Shown here piece after piece: positions 25,397 through 37,935 of a DNA stretch of 64,000 nucleotides. Location of the stretch: assembly GCF_009914755.1 (NCBI RefSeq), contig NC_060940.1; one strand, written 5' to 3'. The notes below the pieces were generated by a model. The model had not been told where the DNA came from. It worked only from the letters and a program-made list of their open reading frames with translations, and made no database searches. A program made the translations under genes and the position numbers. The stretch comes from the human T2T-CHM13v2.0 reference genome, Homo sapiens. Position 1 is the stretch's first letter; every line of letters begins with the position of its first letter.

Positions 25397-27792
25397 TGTA
25401 CTAGTCTATTGTCATATCGCTATAAAGCACTGCCTAAGACTGTAATTTTAAAAGGAAAGACATTTACTTGACTCATAGTTCTGCATGGCTGGGGAGGCCT
25501 CAAGAAGCTTACAATCATGGCAGAAGGTGAAGGGAAAGCAGGCACCTTCTTCACAAGGAGGCAGGAGAGAGAGAGAGAGAGTGAAAGTGAGAGAAAGAGA
25601 GAGTGAAAGAGAGAGAGAGACAGAGAAAGAGAGAGAGATGCAGGGGAAACTGCCACTTGTAAATCATCAGATATTGTGAGAACTCCCTCACTATCATGAG
25701 AACGGTATGGGGGAACCCCCCCACCACCATGATCCAATCACCTCCCACCAGGTCCCTTCATCTACACATGGGGATTACCATTTGAGATGAGATTTTTGTT
25801 GGGACACACCCAAATCATATCATTCCACCCCAACCCCTCCCAGATCTCATGTCGTTTTCACATTTCAAAACCAATCATGCCTTCCCAACAGTCCCCCAAA
25901 GTCTTAACTCATTTGAGCATTAACTGATAAGTCCAAGTCCAAAGTCTCATCTGAGATAAGGGAAGTCCCTTCTGCCTATGAGCCTATAAAATCAAAAGCA
26001 AGTTAGTTATTTCGAAGATCCAGTGGGGGTACAGGCATTGGGTAAATGTTCCCATTCCAAATGGGAGAAATTGGCACAAAGGGACCACAGGCTCCATGCA
26101 AATCTGAAACGTGGCCAGACAGTCATTACATTTTAAAGCTCTCAAATCTTCTTTGACTCCATGAATCACATCCATGGCATGCTGTTGCTAGGGGTGGGCT
26201 TCCATTACCTTGAGCAGCTTCACCCCTGTGGCTCTGCAGGGTATGGCCCTTGTGGCTGCTCTCACAGGCTGGAATTGAGTGCCTGTGGCTTTTCCATGCA
26301 CACAATGAAAACTGTCAGTGGATCTACTTTTCTGGGATCTGGAGGACCATGGCCCTCTTCCGATAGCTCCACTAGGCAGTGACACAAGGGGACTCTGCAT
26401 GGGAGTGCCAACTCCACATTTCCCTTCCACACTGCCCTAGCAGAGGTTCTCCATGAAGGCTCCACCCCTGCAGCAGACTTCTGCCTGGACGTTCAGGCAT
26501 TTCCATACATCCTCTGAAATCTAGGTGAAAGTTCCCAAAGCTTAACTCTTCTGCACACCTAAAGGCCCAACACCATGTGGAAGCCACCAAGATTTGGGAC
26601 TTGAACCCTCTGAAACCATGGCCAGAGTTGTACCTTGGCCCCTTTTAGCCAAGGCTAAAGCTGGAGTGGCTAGGACACAGGGCACCAAGTCTCAAGGCTG
26701 CACAAAGCATCAGGGTCCTGAGCTTGGCCCAGGAAACAATTTTTCCCTTCTGGACCTCCAGACCTGTGATGGAATGGGCTGCTATGAACATCCCTGAAAT
26801 GCCCTAAAGACATTTTTCCAATTTTCCTAGCTACTAACATTCGGCTCCATGTTACTTATGCACAATTCTGCAGCCAGCTTAAATTTCTCCCTAGAATATG
26901 GGTTTTTCTTTTCTACCACATGGTCAGGCTGCAAATTTTCCAAATTGTTATGCTCTGCTTCCCTTTTAAACATAAGCTCCAATTTCAAATCATCCCTTTG
27001 TGAATACATATGACTATATTCTTTTAGAAAAAGCCAGGTCACATCTGGAATACTTTGCTGCTTAAAAATTTCTTCTGCCAGCTACCCTAAATCATCTCTC
27101 TCAAGTTCAAAGTTCTGCAGATCTTTAGGGCAGGGGCAAAATGCCACCAGTATCTTTGCTAAGGTATAGCAAGAGTGAACTTTACTCCAGTTCCCAATAA
27201 GTTCCTGATCTCTATCTGAGACCACCTCAGCCTAGACTTTATTGTTCATATCACTATGAACGTTTTGATCAAAACCATTCAACAAGTCTCTTAGAGGTTC
27301 CAAACTTTCCCACATCTTCCTGTCATCTTCTGAGGCCTCCAAACTGTTCCAACTTCTGCCTGTTACCGAGTTCCAAAGTTGCTTCCATATTTTTAGGTAT
27401 CTTTATAGAAGTGCCCCACTTTGCTGGTACCAATTTACTGTGTTAGTCCATTTTCACACTACTGTGAAGAACTGCCTGACACTGGGTAATTTATAAAGGA
27501 AAGAGTTTAATTGACTCACAGTTCAGCATGGCTGAGGAGGCCTCAGGAAACTTACAATCATGGGGAAAGGCAAAGGAACCTTCTTCACAAGGCAGCAGAA
27601 GAGAAAGAACACACAGGGGAAACTGCCACTTGCAAACCATCAGATCTCATGAGAACTCCCTCACTATCACAACAACAGCATAAAGGAACTGCCCCCATGA
27701 TCCAGTCACCTCCCACCAGATCCCTCCTTCAACACATGGGGATTACAAATGGAGATGAGATTTGGGTGGGGACACAGAGCCAAATTATATCA
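25397..27792 (-). mobile_element. Full-length THE1 (THE1D-like) MaLR: LTR 25397-25822, internal 25823-27438, LTR 27439-27792
   Basis: Two LTRs with catggctg(g/a)ggaggcctca...cttacaatcatgg; THE1-int in reverse; TSD agtgc/agtac; (GA)n expansion in the left LTR. Confidence 0.92.
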
Positions 27793-27819
27793 AGTACTTA
27801 GAGAATAATTTGGAGGCTT

Positions 27820-30648
27820 CTTTTTTATTTATTTGTATTAATTTATGGGGTGTAAGTGCAGTTTTATTATATAGAGATATTGCATAGTGGTGAAGTCTGG
27901 GCCTTTAGTGTAATCATCACCTGTATAATATACATCATACCCATTCAGTAATTTTGAATCATCCACCCCTTCCTCCCCCTCACCTTTCTAAGCCTCCATT
28001 ATCTATCAATCTACTCTCTACATCCATGTATACATATTTATTAGCACCCACTAAGAAGTGAGAACATGCCATATTTGACTTTCTGTGCCTGGCTTGTTGC
28101 ACTTAAGATAATGACCTCCAGTTACATCCATGTTGCTGCAAAAGACATAACTTCAATAATTTTTATGACCAAATAATAAGCCATTGTGTATGTAGTCCAC
28201 ATTTTCTTTATCCAATCATACATTGAGAAATACTTGGGTTGATTCCATATCTTTGTTATTGTGAATAGTGCTGCATTAAACATCTACATGCAGGTATCTT
28301 TTTAATGTGTTGATTTCTTTTTTTTTCCCTCTGGGTAAATACCCAGTAGTGAGATTGCTAGATCAAATGGTAGTTCTATTTTTAGTTCTTTGAGAACTCT
28401 CCATACTCTTTTCCATAGAGTTTGTACTAATTTACATTCTCACCAACAGTGTATGCTAGTTTCCTTTTATCCACACCCTCACTGACATCTGTTATTTTTT
28501 ATCTATTGACATCCATTCTCACTGGGGTAAAATAATATGTCATTGCTTTTTTAATGTGCATTTCTCTCATGATTAGCGATGTTGAACACTTTTTCATATA
28601 TCTGTTGGCCATTTGAATGTCTTTTTTTGAAAAATGTCTAATGACCTTTGACCACTTTTTTAATGGGATTTTTCTTATTGTTGTTGAGTTTTTTTTGAGT
28701 CCCTTGTGCATTCTGGATACTAGTCCTCTGTCAGATGAGTAGTTTACAAACATTTGCCTCCATTCAACATATTGTCTCTTCATTCTGTTATTTCTTTTGT
28801 TGTGCAGAAGTTTTAAGTTTAACTAAGTCTCATTCGTTTTGGTTGCCTGTGTTTATAAGGTCTTAGTCATACATTTTTACTTAGACAAATGTTCAGAAGA
28901 AATTTCCATAGGTTTTCTTTTAGTGTTTTTATAGTTTTGGGTTTTATGTTTGTCTTTAATCCATCTTTATTTTTGTATATGGGGAGTGATAGGGATCCAG
29001 TTTTATTCTTCTATATATGACAATCCAATTTTCCCAGCAGCATTTATTAAAGTGACTGTTCTTTCCTCAATGTATGTTCTGGTCGGCTTTGTCAGAGGTC
29101 AGTTAGCTAGAAATATGATTTTATTTCTGATTTTTCTATTCTGTTCCATTGATCTGTATATCTATTTTTATACCAGTACAATGCTGTTTTGGTTCCTGTA
29201 ACTTTGTAGTACAATTTGAAGTCAGGTAGTATGATACCTCCAGTTTAGTTCTTTGTGCTTAGGATTGCTTTGGCTTTTTAGACAATTTTTTTGGTTCTAC
29301 ATAAATTTTAGAATTGTTTTTTCTATTTCTGTGAAAACTGATGTTGGTATTTTGATAGGGATTGCATTGAATCTGTAGTTTGCCTTGAGAAGTGAAGTTA
29401 TTTTAATTTTAATGATGTTAATTCTTCTGACCCATAAACATGAAATGTTTTTCCAATTGTTTATGTCCTTTTCAATTTCTGACATCCATGTAGAGATATG
29501 TTCCCTGTAGAGATATTTCACTTCCTTGTTTAAATTTATTCCTAGGTATTCTTTTTATTTGTTTGTAGCTATTGTAAATGAGATTGCCTTCTGATTTTTT
29601 TCTCAGATTGTTATTGGTTAATATAAATGCTACTAATTTTTGTACATTGATTTAGTAACCTGCAACTTTATTAAATTCATTTATTAAATTTAAGAGTTTT
29701 TTTGTTGAGTATCTAGGTTTATTTAGATATAAGATCATATCATAAGCAAACAGTGACAATTTGTCTCTTTTCCAATTTGGATGCCCTTTCTTTCTCTCAC
29801 CTGGTTGCTCTAAGACTTCCTGTACTATTTTGAATAGAAGTTGTGAAAGTGGTCTTGTTTCAGTACTTAGAGGAAATGCTTTCAACTTTTCCCCATTCAG
29901 TATAATGTTGGCTGTGGGTTTGTCATATGTGGCTTTCATTATTTTGAAATATGTTCCTTCTATATCTAGTTTGCTGAGGTTTATTATCATAAAGCAGTGC
30001 TGAATTTTATTGAATGCTTTTTCTACCTCTATTGAGGTAATCATATGGTTTTTGTTCTTGATTCTGTTCATGTGATGTATGGAATTTATTGATTTGTGTA
30101 TGCTGAACCATCCTTGCATCCCTGGTATAAAATCCACTTGATCATGGTATGCTCTTTTCTATGTCCTGTTGGATGTGATTTGCTAGTATTTTACTGAGGA
30201 TTTTTGTATCTATGTTGAGGACACTGGTGTGTCATTTTCTTTTTTCATTGTGTCCTTGTCTGGTTTTGGTATCTGGGTGATACTGGCCTCATAGAATAAA
30301 TGACAGAGAATTACCTCCTCTTCAATTTCCTGAAATAGTTTTAGGAGAATTGGTATTCATTCTTCTATGTATTTTTGGTAGAATTCAGCTGTGAATCCAT
30401 CTGATCTTGGGCATTTCTTGTTGGGAATAATTTTTAAAAAAATTTTAATTAATTAAAAAAAATTTTAAAAAAAATTTTTTAAATTTAAAAATTACTTATT
30501 CAATCTTGTCTCACTACTTTTGATTTTCTGTTCTGGATTTCAATTTCTTCCTGATTTAAGCTTGAAAGAGTGAATGTTTCTAGGAATTTATTCATTTCCT
30601 CTAGGTTTTCTAGTTTGTGAACACAGTTTTTCATAGTGGTCTCTGATC
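27820..30648 (-). mobile_element. 5'-truncated L1 (L1PB/L1MA age), ORF2 RT region and 3'UTR
   Basis: ORF 29652-30137 [16 protein letters not shown]...KAFPL...[11 protein letters not shown] is decayed L1 RT; 3' end at about 27820. Confidence 0.9.
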
Positions 30649-32932
30649 ACAAACCCATAGTTAACATTATACCAAATAGTAAATATTTGAAATCTTTTTC
30701 TCTAAGATCTGGAAAAAACACAGCTGTTCACTTTTACCACCCTTATTTAACATAGAATTGGAAGTCTTAACCAGAACAATCAGGCAAGGGAAAAGAATAA
30801 AAAGATCCAAATTTGAAAAAAGAAGTCAAATTGTTCCTCTTTGCTGATGGCATAATCTTTTATACAGAAAACCCTAAAGATTCTACCAAAAAACAGTTCA
30901 AACTAATAAAAAATTCAATAAATTTACAGAATACAAAAAACATACAAAATTTTGTGGAAACTGTAACATTCATTTATCGATGGATAAAAGACAGCTGGAG
31001 GCATCACACTATCTGCATGCATTTGGCAAGGGGTTAACAGAAAATAGAAGAAACTTAACTCAACAAAATGCTCTTTTTAAAAAAATGGACAATATATCTG
31101 AAAAGACATTTCTTAGAAGAAGACATACAAATGGCCAACAAGTATTTGAAAAAATGCTTAACATCACTAATCATAAAGGAAATGCAAATTGGTACCACTA
31201 ACAGTGACTCATAAAAGAATGTTACAATAGCTACAAAAAAAAGATATCTAGGAATAAACTTAAAGAAGATAAAGGATTCCTATACCAAAAATTATAATAC
31301 ATTGATGAAAGACATTGAGGGGCATACAAATAAAATGAAAGACATCCAGTGTTCTTGGATTGGAAAAACTAATATTGTTAAAATGGTCATATTATCCAAA
31401 GCCATCCAGAGATGTAATGCAATCCCTCTCAACACACCTAAAATTCACAGAAATTTTTTTAAAATCCTAAAAGTCACATGGAACCACAAAAGACCCCAAG
31501 TGGCCAAGGTAAGTCTGAGCAAAAAGAACAAAGCTAGAGGCATCACATGGTAATGACATAAAAACAGACACATAGAACAATGGAATAGAATAGAATGCAC
31601 AGAAATAAAATCATGTACCTATAGCCAACTGATTTTGCCAAAGGCACCAAAAACACACATTGGGAAAATGCAGTCTTTTCTATAAATGGTGCTTATAAAA
31701 TTAAATATACACATGTAGAAAATGTGGAAGAAACTAGGTTTCTACCTCTCAGCATATGCACATACCAACTGAAAGTGAATTAAATAGTTAAATGTAAACT
31801 CAAAATTATGAAACTACTAGAAAAAAAAGAAAATGTTTCATAAAATTGGGCTGGGCAAATTTTTTTAATATAAGATCTCAGAAGCACAGACATGAAAGCA
31901 AAAATAGACAAATGGGATCAAACTAAAATGCTATGACACCAGAGAAAACAATTAACAGAATGAAAAGACAGCCTACAAAATGGGAGAAAATATTTGCAAA
32001 TCATGCATCTGACAAGGGGTTAATAGCCAGAAAATAGAAGAAACTTAAATAACCAGATGGCAAAAACAAAATAATCCTATTTAAAAATGGGTAAAATATC
32101 TGAAAAGAAACTTCTCAGAAGACATAAAAATGGCCGATAAGAATATGAAAAAGTGCTTGACATTACTAATCATAAAGGAAATGCAAATCAATACCACAAT
32201 GAGATACCATCTCACTCCATTATAATTGCTATTATAAAGAAGATAAAAGAAAATAAATGTAGATGACGATATTGAAAAAGGGAACACTTCTATACTGTGT
32301 ACAACATACTGAGGTTGTAGATTAGTAGATTCATTATGAAAAACAGCGTGGAGGCTTCTCAAAACATCAGAAATAGAACTACCATATGATCCAGGAATCC
32401 TATTACTGGGTATACACTAAAAGGAAATAAAATATGTAAAAGAGATATCAGCACTCTCACGTTTATTGTAGCACTATGCACAATAACCAAGATATGGAAG
32501 CAACCTCACTGCACAACAAAGGATGAACAAAGAAAGAAAATATGATCTATATTCACAATGGAACACTATTCCACCATAAAATGAGTGAAATTTGTCATTT
32601 CTAGCAACATGTTTGAACGTGGAAAACATCATGTTACAAGAAATGAACCAGAAATAGGAATATACATACTGTATGATCTCACTCATATGTGGAAGCTAAA
32701 ATAAATGAAACAAACAAAAAAGCCAAAAACAGTTGATGTCATAGAAGCAGAGAGTAGAATAGTGTTTACCTGAAAAGAGAGGCTTTTTAATATTCTTACC
32801 ACAAAAGAAATGATAAATGCATGGGGTGATGGATATGCTAACTATCCTAATTTGATTATTATATAATATATATGTATTAAAACCTCAAATTCTACCCCAT
32901 ACATATGTACAATTACAATGTGTCAATGAAAA
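30649..32932 (+). mobile_element. L1M/L1MA ORF2 3' half and 3'UTR
   Basis: KEVKLFLFADGIIFY, IQCSWIGKTNIVKM; L1MA-type 3' end gtacaattacaatgtgtcaat. Confidence 0.85.
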
Positions 32933-33127
32933 AACTATATGTATATTGTATATATGAGACACATCTCATTTTCTTTTTTGATGGGTCTGTTTTTTTATAA
33001 ATAATATCAGGATATTAAATCTTGATATATTAAAATATGCTGATATATTAAAAGATTCTGATATATTAAAATCTTAAAATATCCTGATATAACAGGAGAT
33101 TTAAAAAAATAAAATAAAAAGACCCAT

Positions 33128-33588
33128 TGTCTTTGTCCATTTTGTGTTGCTGTAAGAAACTACCTGCTGAGATTGAGTGATTTATGAAGAAAAGAGGTTT
33201 ATTTAGCTCATGATTCTGCTGGCTGGAAAGAATGAGAAACATTCCACAGGCATCTGCTGGGCTTCTGGTGAGGGCCATGTGCTAGATAAAAACATGGCAG
33301 AGAGGGTCAAAAAGAAAGTATCCATGTGGGAGGAGAGACCAAACAGAAGGAAGAAACTCCCTTTATAATAACCTACTCTCACTGGAGTTAATTCATTTTC
33401 AGAGAACTAATCCCATCTCCCCAGAGTGAGAACCCAATACCATAGGAACAGCACCAAGACATTCGTGAGGGCTCAACACCTATGACTTAAACACCTTCCA
33501 CTAGGCCTTATTTCCCATCACTGCCAATTGAAGATCAAATTTCAACAACTTTCGGTGGGGACAAAACAATCATATACAAACCATAGCA
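33128..33588 (-). mobile_element. MST-family MaLR solo LTR
   Basis: tgtctttgtccattttgtgttgctgt...gaggtttatttagctca...aaaccatagca. Confidence 0.8.
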
Positions 33589-34183
33589 CACAAATTTTCC
33601 TTTTGATTTTGGTTTCTAGGAAGTACAAAATAAGTAATTAATGTAATAAATACTATATTTCTGGTCCCAAGACAATTATCCTCCTCTTATTTGGCCTAAT
33701 TCCCTTTTTTAATAGTGTAAGTCATGTCAAATCATTTTTAGATATAGATAGAGTATGATGTATTAATTACTCCCACACACAAATTAATTGTGCTGTTATA
33801 ATCCAACTCAATGAGTTCATATGACGGAGAAAAGGTTTAAAAAGTGAAGGTAGGATGGTTGACATGAGCTAAATTAAAATTTAGTATCAACTTTAACCAT
33901 CTGGAAAGCGTACATTTTTAGAGTCCATTATTTTAATTTATAACTTAATAGAACATGTATATTGCTGGCTGCATAAATTTCAGGTGTCCTACATATTAAA
34001 TGATTAAACAAACACATTCCCCGTTTCAACACTTCCATAAAATAAACTAAAGTCATGCTCTGCCTATGACAAATATTGATTTGCTTTGCTGTTTCAAAAT
34101 ACTTTTAAAAATTATGTCTGTGATGGACAGCTTGTTCCTTTCTTTGCTGCATGCATCCCAGAGTTAGTACTCAAATGATTGAG

Positions 34184-34976
34184 TTTTTTTTAATACAAAG
34201 AAAATTTTATTTGTACATTAAAGACTCTAAGAAATGATGACATAAGTTAACAGAGTTGATGTCAAGACACAAATAGGTTTGACGTTATAGATGATAAATC
34301 ACTTTGTTTTAATGAACCTTCCCTTGATTAGGTTAGAGAGCATCCCTGGTACGCTCCCAGTTGAATCTTAAGCATGATGCGTCCAGGTGATATAATCGTA
34401 ATTCCTTTCTGTTAGTTCTTGTGATCTCTCTTTTTTTTTCTTTTTCTTCTTTTTCTCTGGACTAGGAATTGTTGTGCTGGTACATGGTTCTTCCTCAGAA
34501 AGTGGTTCTTCCTTAATGTGTTTCTTTTTACCTTTTTTTCTTCTTCTTCTTCACAGGTGTTTCTTCTTCTGCCACTTTTTCTTCTTATTCCTCTTCTTCA
34601 GCTTTAACTTTAATCTTGGCTTTTTTTTTTTTGCATTCTTTTCAGTAATTTCATCCTCTTTATCTACCTGTTCTATTTTGCATTTTTTAGAACAGGTTGG
34701 AGGTGTGGAGTCACCAGAAGAATCATAAGTCTTCATTTCAATAAGCGTACATTGTTTTTTCATTTTAGTGGCTTTGGGGTAGTTTATGAAGACTAATAGT
34801 TTCCAAAAAGTAAAGGTATTAATATTTTTCAAGTAGGTTAGTCACATTCAAGAGAAGTGGTGAGCTAAATGAATTCTTTTGTGTTCATATTTTTCTGTTT
34901 TTACTAATGCCTTTCCTGTTCCACTTATTTTTCTTATCCCTCTATCTTCCAAAGTTCTCAACCTACCCTTTAATTT
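34184..34976 (-). pseudogene. NOP58: 5'-truncated processed pseudogene of NOP58 (C-terminal CDS, 3'UTR and polyA)
   Basis: Minus strand reads KLKGRLRTLEDRGIRKISGTGKALVKTEKYEHK (34976-34878), then EMKTYDSSGDSTPPTCSKKCKIEQVDKEDEITEK...KKKHIKEEPLSEEEPCTST..SPEK, matching the NOP58 C-terminus as I recall it; frameshift in the A-run at about 34621-34632; AATAAA at 34211-34206; A8 tail at 34191-34184. Confidence 0.93.
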
Positions 34977-36001
34977 AAAACATCATTCAAAAGAGTATAA
35001 GAAAATTATCTGTATTCCTTCTTCTGTGGCATGAAATGTTTAAAGGGACTTCCTGTTTCTAGCAAAGTGTATCTACTGGCTATGCACCCCTTTCATTTTG
35101 AATTCAGAAGCATATTTTTCTGACTTCTAGATTCTTCTAAATTATTGAAATTCATTATTCTTCATGATTTTCCTTTCAACTCACCAATAGGAGAAAGGAC
35201 AAGGAATGTTCTCCCAAAGGGCATTTTCCCTACTTGGCCCTAAAAATGATATTAATTAACAATCATGGTAAATAATATTGATAAAGTAAATAATGAAATT
35301 AATAAGAATTAATAATGATATTAATAACATCTCTCTTTTTTATTAAGTTTTTAAATAAAATTCTATATGTTTTATGTTTTAAAAAAATTCTGTATGTTTA
35401 TGTTTTAAAAAATTCTCTTTTTTTAATAAAAAAGAGATTTTTAAAAAATAAAAATCTAATTTGATTAGTGTTGGGAAAAGTGAGGGTAAAAGGGAAGGAA
35501 GGAAAGAGCAATCAAAATTGCATCCCTGACAAGATGACACTTCACATCACTTAAAAATCTACATTATTTTAATTTTAGTTATCTATGAAATAGATTGACA
35601 GATGATATTATTAGATTTCTGAACAAACATGTATATATGAGGATACTTATTACAGTATTATTTTAATAGTTTACAACTTTAAAAAAACAAAAATCCAATT
35701 GAAGGGTGATTGAATAGACTATAGTACACAAATTACTTTAATGGCTCCATGTTCTCCATATTTTCAAGCAATTTTAAATGTATGACGTTGCACACTTTTT
35801 TTCATATAAGATAAACAAGCATAAGTGCACATTTTAAAAATACACACATATTCACAGAAAAAAAATATGAATGTCACCTCCTGGAGGTGGAATTGGAGTT
35901 TCAATCTTTGATAAGAGGCTACTAAATGGAATCAAAAAGTGTAATAAAATCATAAATGTTGATGAACGGATATTTAAATCTTGAACTTATAAACACACAG
36001 G

Positions 36002-36522
36002 GTATTTATCAGAGTTCTCCAGAGAAACAGTAACCAAATAAAAACAGATTTATTACAGGAAATTTGCTCATGTGATTACAGAAACTGACAAGTCCCAATA
36101 TCTGCAGTCAGCAAGTTGGAGACACAGGAGAACCACTGGTGTTGTTCCAGTTCTAATCTGATGGCTTGAGAACCAGGGGAGCTGATGGTGTGGTTTTAGT
36201 TTGAAGACTAGCAGGCTCAAGACCCAGAAAGAGCCAATGTTTCAGTTCAAGTTCAAACACAGGAAAACACATATGTTTCAGCTCAAGGCAGTCATACAGG
36301 AGGAGGAAATGATTTCTTATTTAGGAAAAGTTCAGCCTTATGTTCTACCTAGGCCTTCAACTGATTGAATGATTCCCATCCACATTAGGAAGGGTGACTG
36401 GCTTTACTCAGCCTGTCAATTTAAATGTCAAAGTCATCCTGAAACCTCCAGAATAATGTTTGCCCAAATATCTTGGCACTCCATGGCCCAGGCACATTGA
36501 CACATATAATCCTCAATCACAC
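36002..36522. mobile_element. MLT2 (ERVL) solo LTR
   Basis: cagagttctccagagaaacag...gacaagtccc...ggcttgagaaccagggg...ttgacacata. Confidence 0.8.
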
Positions 36523-37935
36523 AGTTTGCTTTTGAAAAGTGAGTAGCTCCATATTAATTTTTAAGGATTATTGGCATAAAGTTATGGGTTGGTATACTGA
36601 ATCACAGGAAGCCAAAGGTTTTGTCAATACCTTTCTTAGAAATAAAAGACAGTGAGACATATTCTAAAAATGATAGAATTTCTAATTTTGTAATGAGCCT
36701 TGTCCCTCTCCTTTCGAGATTCTATTACTCATTCAATGCTCATAGAGTGTCTTTCATTTAAGGTTTGTGAGGCCGTGTTATCTCTTAGTCCCAATATTAT
36801 CAATCTTATCTCCAGCTTACCCCTTTTAAACTACCAGGACAAATTGTCAAAGATTTGGAAGTGGGCAAAGGTGATTACTGGGTGTTCATTTGGAAGAATG
36901 CTGGATATTATCTGATGATTTATGGGATTATCCGATTCTACAGGCATGTTTTTAATTCTCTGACTGACTAGGCTATATTACAACTATTTAGAGATAGAAG
37001 TTAACTTGAAGAAAACTCATAGTAATGTAAACACTTTCTCTTTAGAACAATGCAAATTATTACTATTCATAGTAATGGAATAAATTTTATCAGGAAGATG
37101 GCATAAATCTCTCTAAATTAAATTATCATTTGAATCAATTTCAATATATTTCTGATTCCCTTATTAATTAAAAAATGTGAAATTTTAACATAATTTTGTA
37201 TTATATAAAATTAAAATATTTGCATTATGCCTTTAACTTTTTTGTTAACTTCACTGTTCTTTTAATTACTTTCTCAAAAATCTGTTTTAGTCAGTGGATT
37301 ACAAGCTCAGTGAAGACAAGGACCACATTTGTCTTGTTTATTGCTGTATCCTGAGGGCTTACTATTAGGAATTTAGGAAGGGCTTGGAAAATGTCCACAT
37401 GGTTTCCTGAATTAGTAAATGCAAATGAATCAAAGATAACTTCTGAGCAATGAAATGAGTCCTGAGGGAGAAAATTTCAGTGGTATTAAGAAAGCATTGA
37501 ATGGCCTCATTAAATCAGAACATGCAAAGTGTTTACATGCAAAATTTATAATGAAAAGCCACTATTTAGAGAGTACCTTTAAGTATCACTGCTGGGGAAC
37601 TGCAGTGTTTTTGGAGAGGAGTCCTATAGTGTCAAAAAGGTATGGACTGTTACTATTTTAACTTGGGATAGAAACATCAGGGAACAGTGCAAAATAATCT
37701 ATTATATCCCTTGTACCTAGACATTAAAAACACACATATTTCTTATTCGTTTTTATATGATTAAATTTTTATTTTTAAAGATGATTTTGGTTTTCCTTAA
37801 TTAAAAATTATTATTCTGGTAAAAATATTTTGCAGGAATCAAGAAAGTCAAGCCAATAAAATATTTGAGATTTTTACACATCTAGATTTAGATCTACTAT
37901 AAGCTCATGCAATTTGCTTAGTACTATATAGGTGA

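Noticed and set aside
27820-32932. Opposite-strand L1 pieces meeting at 30648 read as one twin-primed element
   Set aside because: The two pieces overlap in ORF2 content and each has its own different 3' end, so they are separate insertions.
34741-34875. Insert in the NOP58 retrocopy read as a retained intron or an intronic box C/D snoRNA
   Set aside because: No GT...AG ends, and no terminal RTGATGA/CTGA box pair on the minus strand.
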